A stretch of 64,000 nucleotides of DNA. Origin: a virus. Shown here piece after piece: positions 7,163-16,663 of the stretch. The first letter of the stretch is position 1. The number at the start of each line of letters is the position of its first letter. Location: the IMG/VR virus record IMGVR_UViG_3300018005_000012, positions 1-64,000 of that record, one strand, 5' to 3'. The position numbers and the translations under genes were made by a program. Under the pieces are notes generated by a model. That model was not told the origin of the DNA. It saw nothing but the letters and a program-made list of their open reading frames with translations, and ran no database searches.

Positions 7163-8257
7163 ATGACAAACCTTCCTCTAACGTTGGATTGCTTCATGAC
7201 CAACGAAACAACAACCGACACTTTACCAAGTAAAAAGTCAGGATGGATTATAGACGAAAAGCAAAAGACTAGAGAAGACTTCACCGAGTATCTAACAAAC
7301 CGTTTAATGGTCTGCCTAGAGATGGAACTGAATTACAAGACCGGAATACATGACAGCACTATAGAATCAGTCTCTAAAGATGAGTTCGGGGTTGATGCCA
7401 CCGAATACGGATTGCCCGAATGTCCAGTATGCGGAGAGAACGATTGCATTAGACACGACCCACCGAAGACCATCCGAGTGATAAGGCATGACTCCACGGT
7501 GAGAGGAAAGGAAATAATCGTGTGGGGAAGCCCAATATCAACGGAAGAGTTTGCAAAAAGACTCCCACTAGAAAATATCAAAAAATACTTCGTGCCAAGA
7601 CCCCAAGACTCACTACACACACACACACTGATTCCAAACCAGAATAAGGCAATTCCGATTCAAATTGCACAGAACACTTGGCAACTCTTTAGAGCCTATT
7701 ATCCTGCTTGGGTGCATATTTTCGGCAACTACAGAAAGCACTTTCTGAGAAGCAACTGGGCGCAGTGGAAGAATTACCAAGTGAACGCACTAGACACGGC
7801 TTGGTGGCCTTATGCGTGTCACAAATTTCAGGGTGGGCTTCACTTCGCAAATTGCAATAAGGACTACGATGGAAATCTCTCTTCATTCGATGCGGAAATT
7901 CGCACACAGGACGCAAGCACAAACCTAGAGCAAATCGTTTCAGCGAGAGCATTGAGCAAAGCGATTTTCCTTAAGGCCGCACAACTGAGCAATGAGGGAG
8001 TTATCGAGATGCCCGAAGAAAGGAAGGAAATCATTCTCCCAATAATTGAGGCATTGAATAGCGGATGTGCGAAAATTTGGAGAGAGGGCAAGAGGACTTA
8101 CGATATGGAATTAGAATCGAAGCATGGCCGATTCATGAAGGAACTGGCCGCAGAGTTCTTTAGCCAAGTCCGACCCTTACTCTCAGAGTTTGAGGCCAGA
8201 TGCGTGGGTAATTGCATTGCTAATCCTATTAGACTCAGGAGGACAAAATTCGCATGA
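7163..8257 (+). CDS. Putative COOH-NH2 amidoligase (glutamine synthetase/GCS-like fold), paralog 1
   Basis: Motifs CLEMEL, HDSTVRGKEI, SLHTH, AEIRTQDAS; clearly similar to 8549..10123. Confidence 0.75.
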   Translation: MTNLPLTLDCFMTNETTTDTLPSKKSGWIIDEKQKTREDFTEYLTNRLMVCLEMELNYKTGIHDSTIESVSKDEFGVDATEYGLPECPVCGENDCIRHDPPKTIRVIRHDSTVRGKEIIVWGSPISTEEFAKRLPLENIKKYFVPRPQDSLHTHTLIPNQNKAIPIQIAQNTWQLFRAYYPAWVHIFGNYRKHFLRSNWAQWKNYQVNALDTAWWPYACHKFQGGLHFANCNKDYDGNLSSFDAEIRTQDASTNLEQIVSARALSKAIFLKAAQLSNEGVIEMPEERKEIILPIIEALNSGCAKIWREGKRTYDMELESKHGRFMKELAAEFFSQVRPLLSEFEARCVGNCIANPIRLRRTKFA

Positions 8258-8541
8258 CTACCGCAAAATCAAACCGACACATTAAAATACCCTGCGGTGA
8301 AGGTAGAGGCATGAGCAAATCGCAACCGATTCCACTAAAGGTAAAGAACGAAGGTAGAGTGTTCGCTATAACCCTAGCCGTTTCTAAGAATCGGCTTATT
8401 GAATTGCTTCACGGTGAGGGCATGGCAATGGGCGTTATTTCGGTGAGACGGGTCACGGAAGACGAAAAGGACGCACTTGAAGCGGCAAAAGAGGACAATG
8501 ACTATGCCAACACTAAAAGCGATTATGGATTCATGGAGTAA
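8254..8541 (+). CDS. Hypothetical protein
   Basis: ORF between the two amidoligases. Confidence 0.6.
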   Translation: MTTAKSNRHIKIPCGEGRGMSKSQPIPLKVKNEGRVFAITLAVSKNRLIELLHGEGMAMGVISVRRVTEDEKDALEAAKEDNDYANTKSDYGFME

Positions 8542-8548
8542 ATAGAAA

Positions 8549-10123
8549 TTGCTCCCCACCGAGACGATTGAGTTCACAGAAGACCCGATAACGGCAGACG
8601 ACTTAAGCACTCACGAAGGAAGTGCGAGTCATTCCTCTTGTCCCTATTGCGGGGCGAAGGTTTCAAGTCACATGATACCCGAAGAGCCGGACACCGTGGA
8701 GCATGAGCATAGAATCATCGAAAACATACAGATTTGCCGAAGACTCTATGAATGTAATGCTCTAGGACTGACTAACCAATTCTACACTTATCAGGACTTG
8801 AACACTCTAACCAATTGGACTATTGCAAAGGTCGCACAGGGGAAGACCGAGAAAGCAGACGACACCGAGAGGCTTCAATTCGGAAAGAAGAAACTGGCCG
8901 AAGCCATCAAACCCATTTGGCGTTTCAAGACGAAGTTAGCCACGAAAGACGACTTCACCGATTATCTGGCCAAGAATCTAGTCTTAGGGCTAGAATTAGA
9001 GTTCGACTATAAGGATGCACTCGACCCAATTTCAGATTCCGCAGTAAAGCGAGCCTTCGGGGTTAGCACTACAGACTACCATCACCACCCTGAATGTCCG
9101 ATATGCGGAAACGAAATGTGCTGGAACCATCTTCCCGACAACCTGATAAGAGGCATCGAAAGAGATGCTTCAATTCGTGGGTGGGAGTTCTTAATCTACG
9201 GGAGCCATATCTCTAGCGAAGACTTTGCCAAACGTCTACCACTGGCCAAGTTTAGAGACCACTTCATAGTCAACGAGAGAGACGGACTCCACGTTCACGC
9301 CATGCTGAAACACGACATCGCCAGACTACCTAACGTTATCGTGAAGAATTTGTGGCAACTCTTCCGCTATTACTATCCGGCTTGGGTCAATCTCTTCGGC
9401 AACTATTCACAGAGTCAGGGATTCTTGAGACATTCGGGCTATAACGGCCATGACTATGTGACTTTCACATCATTCAGTAAATCGCCTTTCCTAACTCGGT
9501 GGGCACAGGACGTTAAGATGCAAAGATGTGCCCTTTACCTTAAGGAGACACCTATCGAGAACGAAGATATGGATTCATTTGACGTTGAGATTCGGACAAG
9601 TGATGGGAGCATGGATTTGGAACAACTCGTGGCCGTCAGGTCAATCACTAAAGCGTTGATATTGAGAGCCGCACAACTTAGCAACTTCGGACTCATCAGT
9701 GTAGAAAGCAACACCGAAACTTGGGAGAGGGTGAAGGATGTGGTTAGCAAAATCAATCTGAGGTCTGGATTCAAGAAAGACGACATTGAGTTCATGCAAA
9801 AGCATACAGTGAGTTTGGTTAGAGAATTGGCCCCGTTCCTTAGTGAGTTTGAGCGAACCTGCATTAAGCATCTACTTGAAAAACCAGTGAGAGAGCGAGA
9901 GAATCACCCGACATCACACGACTTAGGCTTAGACCTGAGCGAGAACGCCAAGCACCTTAAGAAACTAATTGCTGTCGGTGGCATTGAGACGGACACCGAA
10001 GAGGCGTGGTTCGGGAAGGTCGCACACATAATGGGTCTGCCAACTGACGAAGTTAAGACCGCACTTCGCCAACTAAAGGCGTATTTTGACAACGAAACAC
10101 ACCAAATGGTAGTGATTGGCTAA
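8549..10123 (+). CDS. Putative COOH-NH2 amidoligase, paralog 2, with N-terminal Zn ribbon
   Basis: Motifs LGLELEFD, RDASIRGWEF, GLHVH, DVEIRTSDGS typical of Amidoligase_2-type enzymes. Confidence 0.8.
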   Translation: MLPTETIEFTEDPITADDLSTHEGSASHSSCPYCGAKVSSHMIPEEPDTVEHEHRIIENIQICRRLYECNALGLTNQFYTYQDLNTLTNWTIAKVAQGKTEKADDTERLQFGKKKLAEAIKPIWRFKTKLATKDDFTDYLAKNLVLGLELEFDYKDALDPISDSAVKRAFGVSTTDYHHHPECPICGNEMCWNHLPDNLIRGIERDASIRGWEFLIYGSHISSEDFAKRLPLAKFRDHFIVNERDGLHVHAMLKHDIARLPNVIVKNLWQLFRYYYPAWVNLFGNYSQSQGFLRHSGYNGHDYVTFTSFSKSPFLTRWAQDVKMQRCALYLKETPIENEDMDSFDVEIRTSDGSMDLEQLVAVRSITKALILRAAQLSNFGLISVESNTETWERVKDVVSKINLRSGFKKDDIEFMQKHTVSLVRELAPFLSEFERTCIKHLLEKPVRERENHPTSHDLGLDLSENAKHLKKLIAVGGIETDTEEAWFGKVAHIMGLPTDEVKTALRQLKAYFDNETHQMVVIG

Positions 10124-11797
10124 ATGTGTAGACTAGCACTGATAATCTCGAAAATTCCAGTCAATCGGTTCGAGACCGCATTCAAGTCGGCTTGGGCTGA
10201 TGGCAATGACGATGGCGTGGGAATTTACTGGCGAGACATGGAAGGAACACGACACTTGGCTAGATTCCCGAAGTCGGCAGACTTGGCGAAGGTCGGGACA
10301 ACTTATGACCGAATGCTGATTCACTTCCGCAAATCCACGAAGGGCGAAGGGACTCATCCCTTCACTTGTAAAGACAGACCCAAACTTGACAGTAGAAATT
10401 GGCTTCTCGTTCATAATGGATGTGTGGCAGACGGTGAGGCTAGGAAGGAATTAGAGAAGACCCACACATTTTCGACAGAGATAGACAGCGAGATTTTCAT
10501 TCACATTTGGGGAGAGATTAAGGAAAAAGACTTAGCGAAGAGAGCCAAGAAATTCAGTGAGGCCAGAGAAAAGTTGGGGATAACAGGGTGGGCGAACCTG
10601 ATTTTCTACAACGTGATTTCGGATGAATGGGTCGCATTTAGCGATGGCTCGATAGGTTTTGTTTACAACAAAGATACGCTAATAATTTGCTCGGATGACA
10701 CATGGTTCGACACGATAGAGGCCACCAAACGGAAGATTCACAACTTGGTCTTAGCCACTGGCGATATTGCTTACGGAAAGGGATTGAAGTATAAGGTAAA
10801 GGAGGGCGTTTGGAAGATTCGCTCTGCTATACCGACAACTTCGGCCAGTCTTACAAACGTAGACGGAAGGGCACTTTACCGTGGGTGCGGCATGGACGCA
10901 GATGTGTGGGAGCCAGCGTATGATAAGCCAACACAGAGAAAAGAAGCCGGATGGGATGCCACTGAAAGGTCATTCGTAGATACGAAGGGAAACGCATTAA
11001 ATTGGGATGCTAGTAAACGGGCCTTCGTGGATGCAAAGGGGTATCCCGTAGACAGCAACTACACCCAATATGGCAACCCTAACGGACACTATTTCACACC
11101 TTCAGAGTTCACAGACCAGAATAACGATGAGTATTGCGACATTTGTTTCATGACTAGAGAGTATCACACTCTTAAACCCGCACTTGATAATGACGGGGAT
11201 GACGGAGACGAAGATGCACGAGAGAGAGAGACAGCCGAGATTGACAGTATCGCAAACAGCCGCATTGACGAAAGCGTTTGGAATAGGCCACACCCGTTCA
11301 CTCGCAACTTCAATAAGGGAACCATCACTTGTATGTGTGGTTCAACGGTAAGTTATGGGACATTGCACTTGGCTCACGAGTTCAAGCCTATCATAGCCAA
11401 GAACGGTAAACCAACTTCATATTGTTTCGTTTGTGGCAACATGAAGACTATGGGAAACCATAAGGAAGAAAACTCTGAAACTCACTTCTTTACCCCTCTG
11501 AGATTTGAAGTTAACCAAAGCAACGGCTCGACAACTTATATAGATTCACCCATTTGTGGACGGTGCGGATTCAGAAACGAAGTCCATCCTATGTCTTATA
11601 ACGTTCAAATCAAACAATCTACACAGAGTAGCGAGACAATGAGAGTTGAACGCATGAGGCCGATGGGTTGCGGTTGCAAACCTGACGAGAGACCACAACC
11701 TATTATTTGCACTTATCACTGGGGTCAGGGATTTAGAGATGCAGACAATCAGGGCTATCTCGTCAAAAAGATAGCATTCGATAGTGGGGCAGAGTAA
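10124..11797 (+). CDS. Class II (Ntn) glutamine amidotransferase with C-terminal Zn-knuckle repeats
   Basis: N-terminal MCRL nucleophile, NDDGVG, IHFRKST, THPF, LVHNG, IDSE. Confidence 0.88.
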   Translation: MCRLALIISKIPVNRFETAFKSAWADGNDDGVGIYWRDMEGTRHLARFPKSADLAKVGTTYDRMLIHFRKSTKGEGTHPFTCKDRPKLDSRNWLLVHNGCVADGEARKELEKTHTFSTEIDSEIFIHIWGEIKEKDLAKRAKKFSEAREKLGITGWANLIFYNVISDEWVAFSDGSIGFVYNKDTLIICSDDTWFDTIEATKRKIHNLVLATGDIAYGKGLKYKVKEGVWKIRSAIPTTSASLTNVDGRALYRGCGMDADVWEPAYDKPTQRKEAGWDATERSFVDTKGNALNWDASKRAFVDAKGYPVDSNYTQYGNPNGHYFTPSEFTDQNNDEYCDICFMTREYHTLKPALDNDGDDGDEDARERETAEIDSIANSRIDESVWNRPHPFTRNFNKGTITCMCGSTVSYGTLHLAHEFKPIIAKNGKPTSYCFVCGNMKTMGNHKEENSETHFFTPLRFEVNQSNGSTTYIDSPICGRCGFRNEVHPMSYNVQIKQSTQSSETMRVERMRPMGCGCKPDERPQPIICTYHWGQGFRDADNQGYLVKKIAFDSGAE

Positions 11798-12356
11798 ATT
11801 GGTAGACATCTATATTCGTAAGTCGGGACAGGATGAGAGCCAAATTCCAAAGGGCATCAAGATAAAGGATGATGATAAAAAGATTCGGATTGCGGGAGCC
11901 GTTATCAGAGTCACAGTCATGCCACGGAGATATGGGAATGACTACAAGATTTCGGTTTGGCTTCCAAACGGAAAGCAACTAGAGGCCAGCGATGAGCATG
12001 GGTATATCAACTTCGTGGACTTCGCTAAGGGACTCGTTGAGGCCGCAACTGGAACCAAGCCAAAGGACGGGACAGAGAAGAAGGTTGTGGACATCAACGG
12101 ATTCCCCGCTAAAATCAGTGAGCGAGAGGATGACAAAACCATGACCATTGAAGCAACCATTGACCCATTAGACGAGAACTACTCGATGCCTAAGAAGGAA
12201 GAGGTCAAACCCATTATGCCCCAAGTCCAGAATCAGCCAAGTCTACCTGAGAGAATCAGGGCAGATATGTCAGACGCAAACAAACAGAAGGAGGGCGAAA
12301 CCATTGAAGAATGGGTGGCTCGATTGCAAGATGACGACTTTAGGGGGTATGCCTAG
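11784..12356 (+). CDS. Hypothetical protein
   Basis: Coupled ORF. Confidence 0.7.
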   Translation: MGQSKLVDIYIRKSGQDESQIPKGIKIKDDDKKIRIAGAVIRVTVMPRRYGNDYKISVWLPNGKQLEASDEHGYINFVDFAKGLVEAATGTKPKDGTEKKVVDINGFPAKISEREDDKTMTIEATIDPLDENYSMPKKEEVKPIMPQVQNQPSLPERIRADMSDANKQKEGETIEEWVARLQDDDFRGYA

Positions 12357-12755
12357 ATGCCATCAGGAATCACGAGACGAAGTATAGATAACTACCAAAG
12401 ACTGGTAGCGGGATATAGGCGAAGTGTGGGCAAGTTCATAGCCAATTACAAGAGTCTCGCACCCAAGATAGACATACTGTGCAGACTGATGGAAGCACAA
12501 AAACTTTTCACGATGACTAAGAAGTGGGGCAACCCCATACAAAGGGATGAGGTTATGAGGCTATTTAAGATTCGTTCACTAGGCATTTTCCTTCAATGTA
12601 GATGTGACGATTCGGAATGCAGTTGGGCAAACTACGATGAGGGGGAAGATGTGACCTATTGCGAGTGCATCGCTAACAATGAGATGGGTTGCCGTGGACT
12701 TTTTGTGGTGGCATTTGACCATGAGGGCAACGTATTAGGATACGAAGTAGAATGA
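12357..12755 (+). CDS. Cys-rich hypothetical protein
   Basis: CRCDDSEC-W...CEC...C motif, also present in the N-terminus of 12752..13768. Confidence 0.7.
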   Translation: MPSGITRRSIDNYQRLVAGYRRSVGKFIANYKSLAPKIDILCRLMEAQKLFTMTKKWGNPIQRDEVMRLFKIRSLGIFLQCRCDDSECSWANYDEGEDVTYCECIANNEMGCRGLFVVAFDHEGNVLGYEVE

Positions 12756-13768
12756 TACTCAAACTCGGCTTCGGAGAGACCTGTGCTGTGAAAGAGTTAG
12801 AGTTGGCCCACGAAGAATTAGTAAACCACACTTCGCCAAATGAGCGAGACATTCAGACTTACGCATTGACTGAGACAGTCCGACTTCTCAACTTTAGAGT
12901 GCGGTGTATGTGTCATGATGTAAGATGTAATTGGTGGGACAGAGGGGCTTGTAGATGCAACGGGGCTTTGAATTGTCTACATATAGGCTTCGAGATAAGG
13001 AATACTGATGAAATAAATCTAATCACAGACGGGGAAACGGAAACGGCCAAGAGACAGATTCCTCAAGACCATTTGGAACGACAACCCAACGAAGCCTTCA
13101 TTGTTTGGAAGGTCAGGGTGGCTTACGAAGTCTACCAAAGGGCCAGTGAGATTCATAATATGCCAGAGGATGGCATAGTTCAGTATCGGTATGAGAATTG
13201 GAGAGAGGAACCCATTGACGAAAGACGCAACAACTTCGAGAGAACGGTGAACGATGTGAGAGGGATAGGGGTTGAGAGACATGGCAACATGAGCCAAGTG
13301 GTGGGTTGCTTCTCATGTGGCAGAATCTTCGAGAACGAAACCTATCTCAATGCTCATGTTGATTTGCACAGATACAGGGAAGAGGTTGACCACACCTTTG
13401 CACAAATAGTCACACCTATTTCCGTCTCTTCAGTAAGAGCAACTCCACCCGACTACCGACCACCTATCCCCGTTGTCGCACCCACACCCACACCAACAAG
13501 ACGGCCAAGAGCAATCCATCGTAGTCCCATACGAATTGACCAAATAGACCGAGAATCAGACGAGAGTGATGACCACTTTAGAGAGGCCGTTGCAAACTTC
13601 GTTGAAGACATTAGAGGTGGAGATGGAGACCGTGGCGAATTTCCAGAGGCAGTGGGTTGTTCCTTATGCGGTGCTGTCTACACAACTGAGAGCGACTACT
13701 TCGCCCATGCAGTTGATGACCACGTTCTCACCCTTTCAGAATCAGAGAGATATGAGGTAAACCCATGA
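12752..13768 (+). CDS. Multi-Zn-finger protein (two C2H2 fingers)
   Basis: CFSCGRIFENETYLNAHVDLH and CSLCGAVYTTESDYFAHAVDDH. Confidence 0.75.
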   Translation: MILKLGFGETCAVKELELAHEELVNHTSPNERDIQTYALTETVRLLNFRVRCMCHDVRCNWWDRGACRCNGALNCLHIGFEIRNTDEINLITDGETETAKRQIPQDHLERQPNEAFIVWKVRVAYEVYQRASEIHNMPEDGIVQYRYENWREEPIDERRNNFERTVNDVRGIGVERHGNMSQVVGCFSCGRIFENETYLNAHVDLHRYREEVDHTFAQIVTPISVSSVRATPPDYRPPIPVVAPTPTPTRRPRAIHRSPIRIDQIDRESDESDDHFREAVANFVEDIRGGDGDRGEFPEAVGCSLCGAVYTTESDYFAHAVDDHVLTLSESERYEVNP

Positions 13769-14550
13769 CCCCTCTCATTGTCTTCGTAGATTGTGGTCTC
13801 TCGCTCTCAGAAACGCCAGACCGCATTATCTCACGGCTTGAAGAGAAGGGACTAAGAGTTGTGAGGAATCCACGAGAGAGACCCACTGAAGACTATGTGG
13901 TGATTCGATGGGGGTCGGCCAGATTCCCTGAGTTGGATGCGACAGCGAAAGCCGTCCTCAACTCTGCCGAAGCCATCGAATCCAATCTCCATAAGAACAG
14001 GGCACACGCCAAATTTTTAGAGGCCGAAGTCAGTGCCCCGCTATTCTGGCGAACCTTTAGAGAGGCAAGAGAAGAGTGCCGAAGGTTAGGGTGCGACTTC
14101 CTGCGGAGACGCACACACCACATTCAGGGTCGGGACATCATTCGCCTAAGTCCTACTGACCACTTGAAACGTAGACAGAGAAGTGGATACTACGTTCAAT
14201 ACATAGAGAAGGATGCAGAGTTCAGACTTCACATCTTCGGAGACAAGTGCATAGGCTTGGCCGAAAAGAAGCCAAAGGAGAATCCTAACAAGACTATTTG
14301 GAACTTTGAAAATGGGTGGGATTTAGTCTACTACCCACAAGAGGATAGAGAGAGTGAGGTTCCCCACTACAACAAGATGGTGGCTGAATCGGTAAAGGCA
14401 TTGAAGAGTCTGGGTCTGGACTTTGGTGCGGTGGACTTGATAATGTGCGGAGACAAACCGTATATCCTAGAGGCTAACACGAGTCCTAAGTTGTATCAGA
14501 CCAAACGCTACACCAAGCATTTCGAGAGATGGGTGGAGAGCCAAGCATGA
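13765..14550 (+). CDS. ATP-grasp ligase (phage RimK/YheCD-like)
   Basis: VIRWG, VQYIEKDAEFRLH, LGLDFGAVD, YILEANTSP. Confidence 0.88.
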   Translation: MTPLIVFVDCGLSLSETPDRIISRLEEKGLRVVRNPRERPTEDYVVIRWGSARFPELDATAKAVLNSAEAIESNLHKNRAHAKFLEAEVSAPLFWRTFREAREECRRLGCDFLRRRTHHIQGRDIIRLSPTDHLKRRQRSGYYVQYIEKDAEFRLHIFGDKCIGLAEKKPKENPNKTIWNFENGWDLVYYPQEDRESEVPHYNKMVAESVKALKSLGLDFGAVDLIMCGDKPYILEANTSPKLYQTKRYTKHFERWVESQA

Positions 14551-14782
14551 GACCTGAAGCAATCCGTCACTTGGAAATCTACCGAAGACCTATCTGGGGT
14601 TGCCGTTGCACAGAGGATAGTGTGAAGGGTATGGAGACCGAAGGAACGAAGACCGAGAGTATATGGGAATTTCTACTAGATGAAGTTAAACCAAGTGACC
14701 ATTTGCCGTGGTGGGAATGGTGCGCTCAAAAAGACTTGATGGAAGAGCAAATGATTCTCAACTACTCGGATGGGTATGGCGC

Positions 14783-15193
14783 ATGAGCAATCGCCAATAC
14801 GGACATCAAGAGAATTGTTCGGGTTATATTCCCGAAGAACTTTGGAGAGCAATTAACAAAGTTTACGAATACACTGGAAACGAGCCGAGATACAATCTTG
14901 TTGCCAGAACTAAAGTGGCTGGCCCACGACCTGATAGATGTCAATTTCCAAATTGCACTAAGCCAGCAACCGATAGGGCACATAAGATTCCATACAAATA
15001 CTATAGGATTCTTGGTCTATGCCCTCGATGCGTTCTTGATGTTTCGACAAATTTAGTGTGGACTTGTCATGAACATAATTACTTGGTAGAGTTATCAGAG
15101 TCAGAATGTCTCAACGAACTTAAGAAGAAAGGCGTTAAGTTAGCACCCTACTTGAATGATACTTTTACAAACTCCCAGAGGGAGATAACATGA
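14783..15193 (+). CDS. HNH-like nuclease
   Basis: CQFPNC...DRAHKIP...NLVWTCHEHN; ATG 14783 overlaps the upstream stop. Confidence 0.6.
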   Translation: MSNRQYGHQENCSGYIPEELWRAINKVYEYTGNEPRYNLVARTKVAGPRPDRCQFPNCTKPATDRAHKIPYKYYRILGLCPRCVLDVSTNLVWTCHEHNYLVELSESECLNELKKKGVKLAPYLNDTFTNSQREIT

Positions 15194-15583
15194 GCAATCT
15201 ACTAATATCTGGAACGGTGTGTCCGAAGTGCGAGTCCCAAGATTGGGGATGGCGAACAGAAGACGAATACGTTCCGCAGGGGAAGAGAAAATGCTACACT
15301 TGCGGCCAACTCTTCTGGGTCTCCGATAAGCCTAGTGAGTCTAGTCTTCCAATGGGAAAGATGTTAGCATGACCGACAAACTTGTAGTGGGGCTTGGCAT
15401 CGTGGTCTTCATATTTGGTATACTCTGGACTGTGATGGCCTTTGGGCCTAATTGCTATGCCCCACCAGACAACTTTCTTTCGGTAGCAACTTGTCAAACT
15501 TCTCAAAACATGGGGGGAAATGATGGGATGGTTGTGGCCCTTATGGGAATAGTAGTTGCCATCATTGGAAAGAGGATGCAAAC

Positions 15584-15955
15584 ATGAGTCTCATTAAGTT
15601 CAACGACCCTGAAAGGAACGAATTGATGCTCACATATTGGGCCAACATTCTAGCATTCATTGACCCCAAACACATAGATGTCATTGTCATTTCTGGCGAT
15701 TGGCATAAAGTGAGGGGAGACAAATGGGTGAGATTCATGAAGGTCTATTGCCACGAAATTCTCCATGTGTCTCTCTCAGAAATCGGACAGGAAAAGGCAT
15801 CGCACAAGTTGGACGGCCTTTACGAACTCTTCGTCTCATTCGAGAAGGATAACAGTGCCAAGCACTACAGGTATACAGGTCTGCCCTATTATCTCATCGA
15901 GATGTTGCCGCATTTGAAGAGAGGGAAGATACCCAAGTGGATGTTGAAAGCATGA
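15584..15955 (+). CDS. Hypothetical protein with HExxH motif
   Basis: YCHEILHV. Confidence 0.55.
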   Translation: MSLIKFNDPERNELMLTYWANILAFIDPKHIDVIVISGDWHKVRGDKWVRFMKVYCHEILHVSLSEIGQEKASHKLDGLYELFVSFEKDNSAKHYRYTGLPYYLIEMLPHLKRGKIPKWMLKA

Positions 15956-16237
15956 TTCAAAGGCCAGTCTGCACAAACACCTTTCATACGAAGATGCGGA
16001 ATCAGAATTGGTGGTTCCTATCTATGGCCACGCACTATTATGTGTCGAAGTGGGTCGCATGACACCCCGTTTTTGGATTCAATGTTGGAAATGTGGGCGA
16101 GATGCACAAGCCTACTTCGATACGGGCCAAGCATGGTGTGATTCCTGTATGGAGGAAGTAGCAAATTGCACCTGCCAATCTTTGACATTTCGCCAAAAAG
16201 ACCTAAGTAGTCTAGTCACCATAGGGGAGTATAGGAT

Positions 16238-16663
16238 ATGACAACGAATAAGAACACCATAAGAAGGACGAAGATAGGAGAAGTATGCGTAGATACAGGG
16301 TCACTTGTCATCTGTGACCCATGCAATCTCGCTGAAATGACCGCTAAACTTGATGTGGAAACGTGCATTAAGATGATAGGCAATAAGGGGAAGGACTTTG
16401 GCGTAGTTCAAGACCGGACAGGTAAAGTGACTACATGGGGAAAGAACGCACCAATGGGAATCATCTCAAGGGCTGGATTGGGCGATGGCTTCTATCCAGT
16501 CTATGCAATCACAGACGAGTTGGGTGGTTGGGGTAGACGGGTAATGGCTCTCGAAATTGACCTCTCTCCGACCAAGCCGCAGATTGCCTATCTCAAGAGT
16601 TTGAGACACAAAACTATGCAAAACGACAAAAAAGCCTATAAAGGTCGCAGACAGAGGGTATAG
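16238..16663 (+). CDS. DUF4241-like protein
   Basis: GEVCVDTGSLVICDP and GLGDGFYPVYA motifs. Confidence 0.65.
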   Translation: MTTNKNTIRRTKIGEVCVDTGSLVICDPCNLAEMTAKLDVETCIKMIGNKGKDFGVVQDRTGKVTTWGKNAPMGIISRAGLGDGFYPVYAITDELGGWGRRVMALEIDLSPTKPQIAYLKSLRHKTMQNDKKAYKGRRQRV

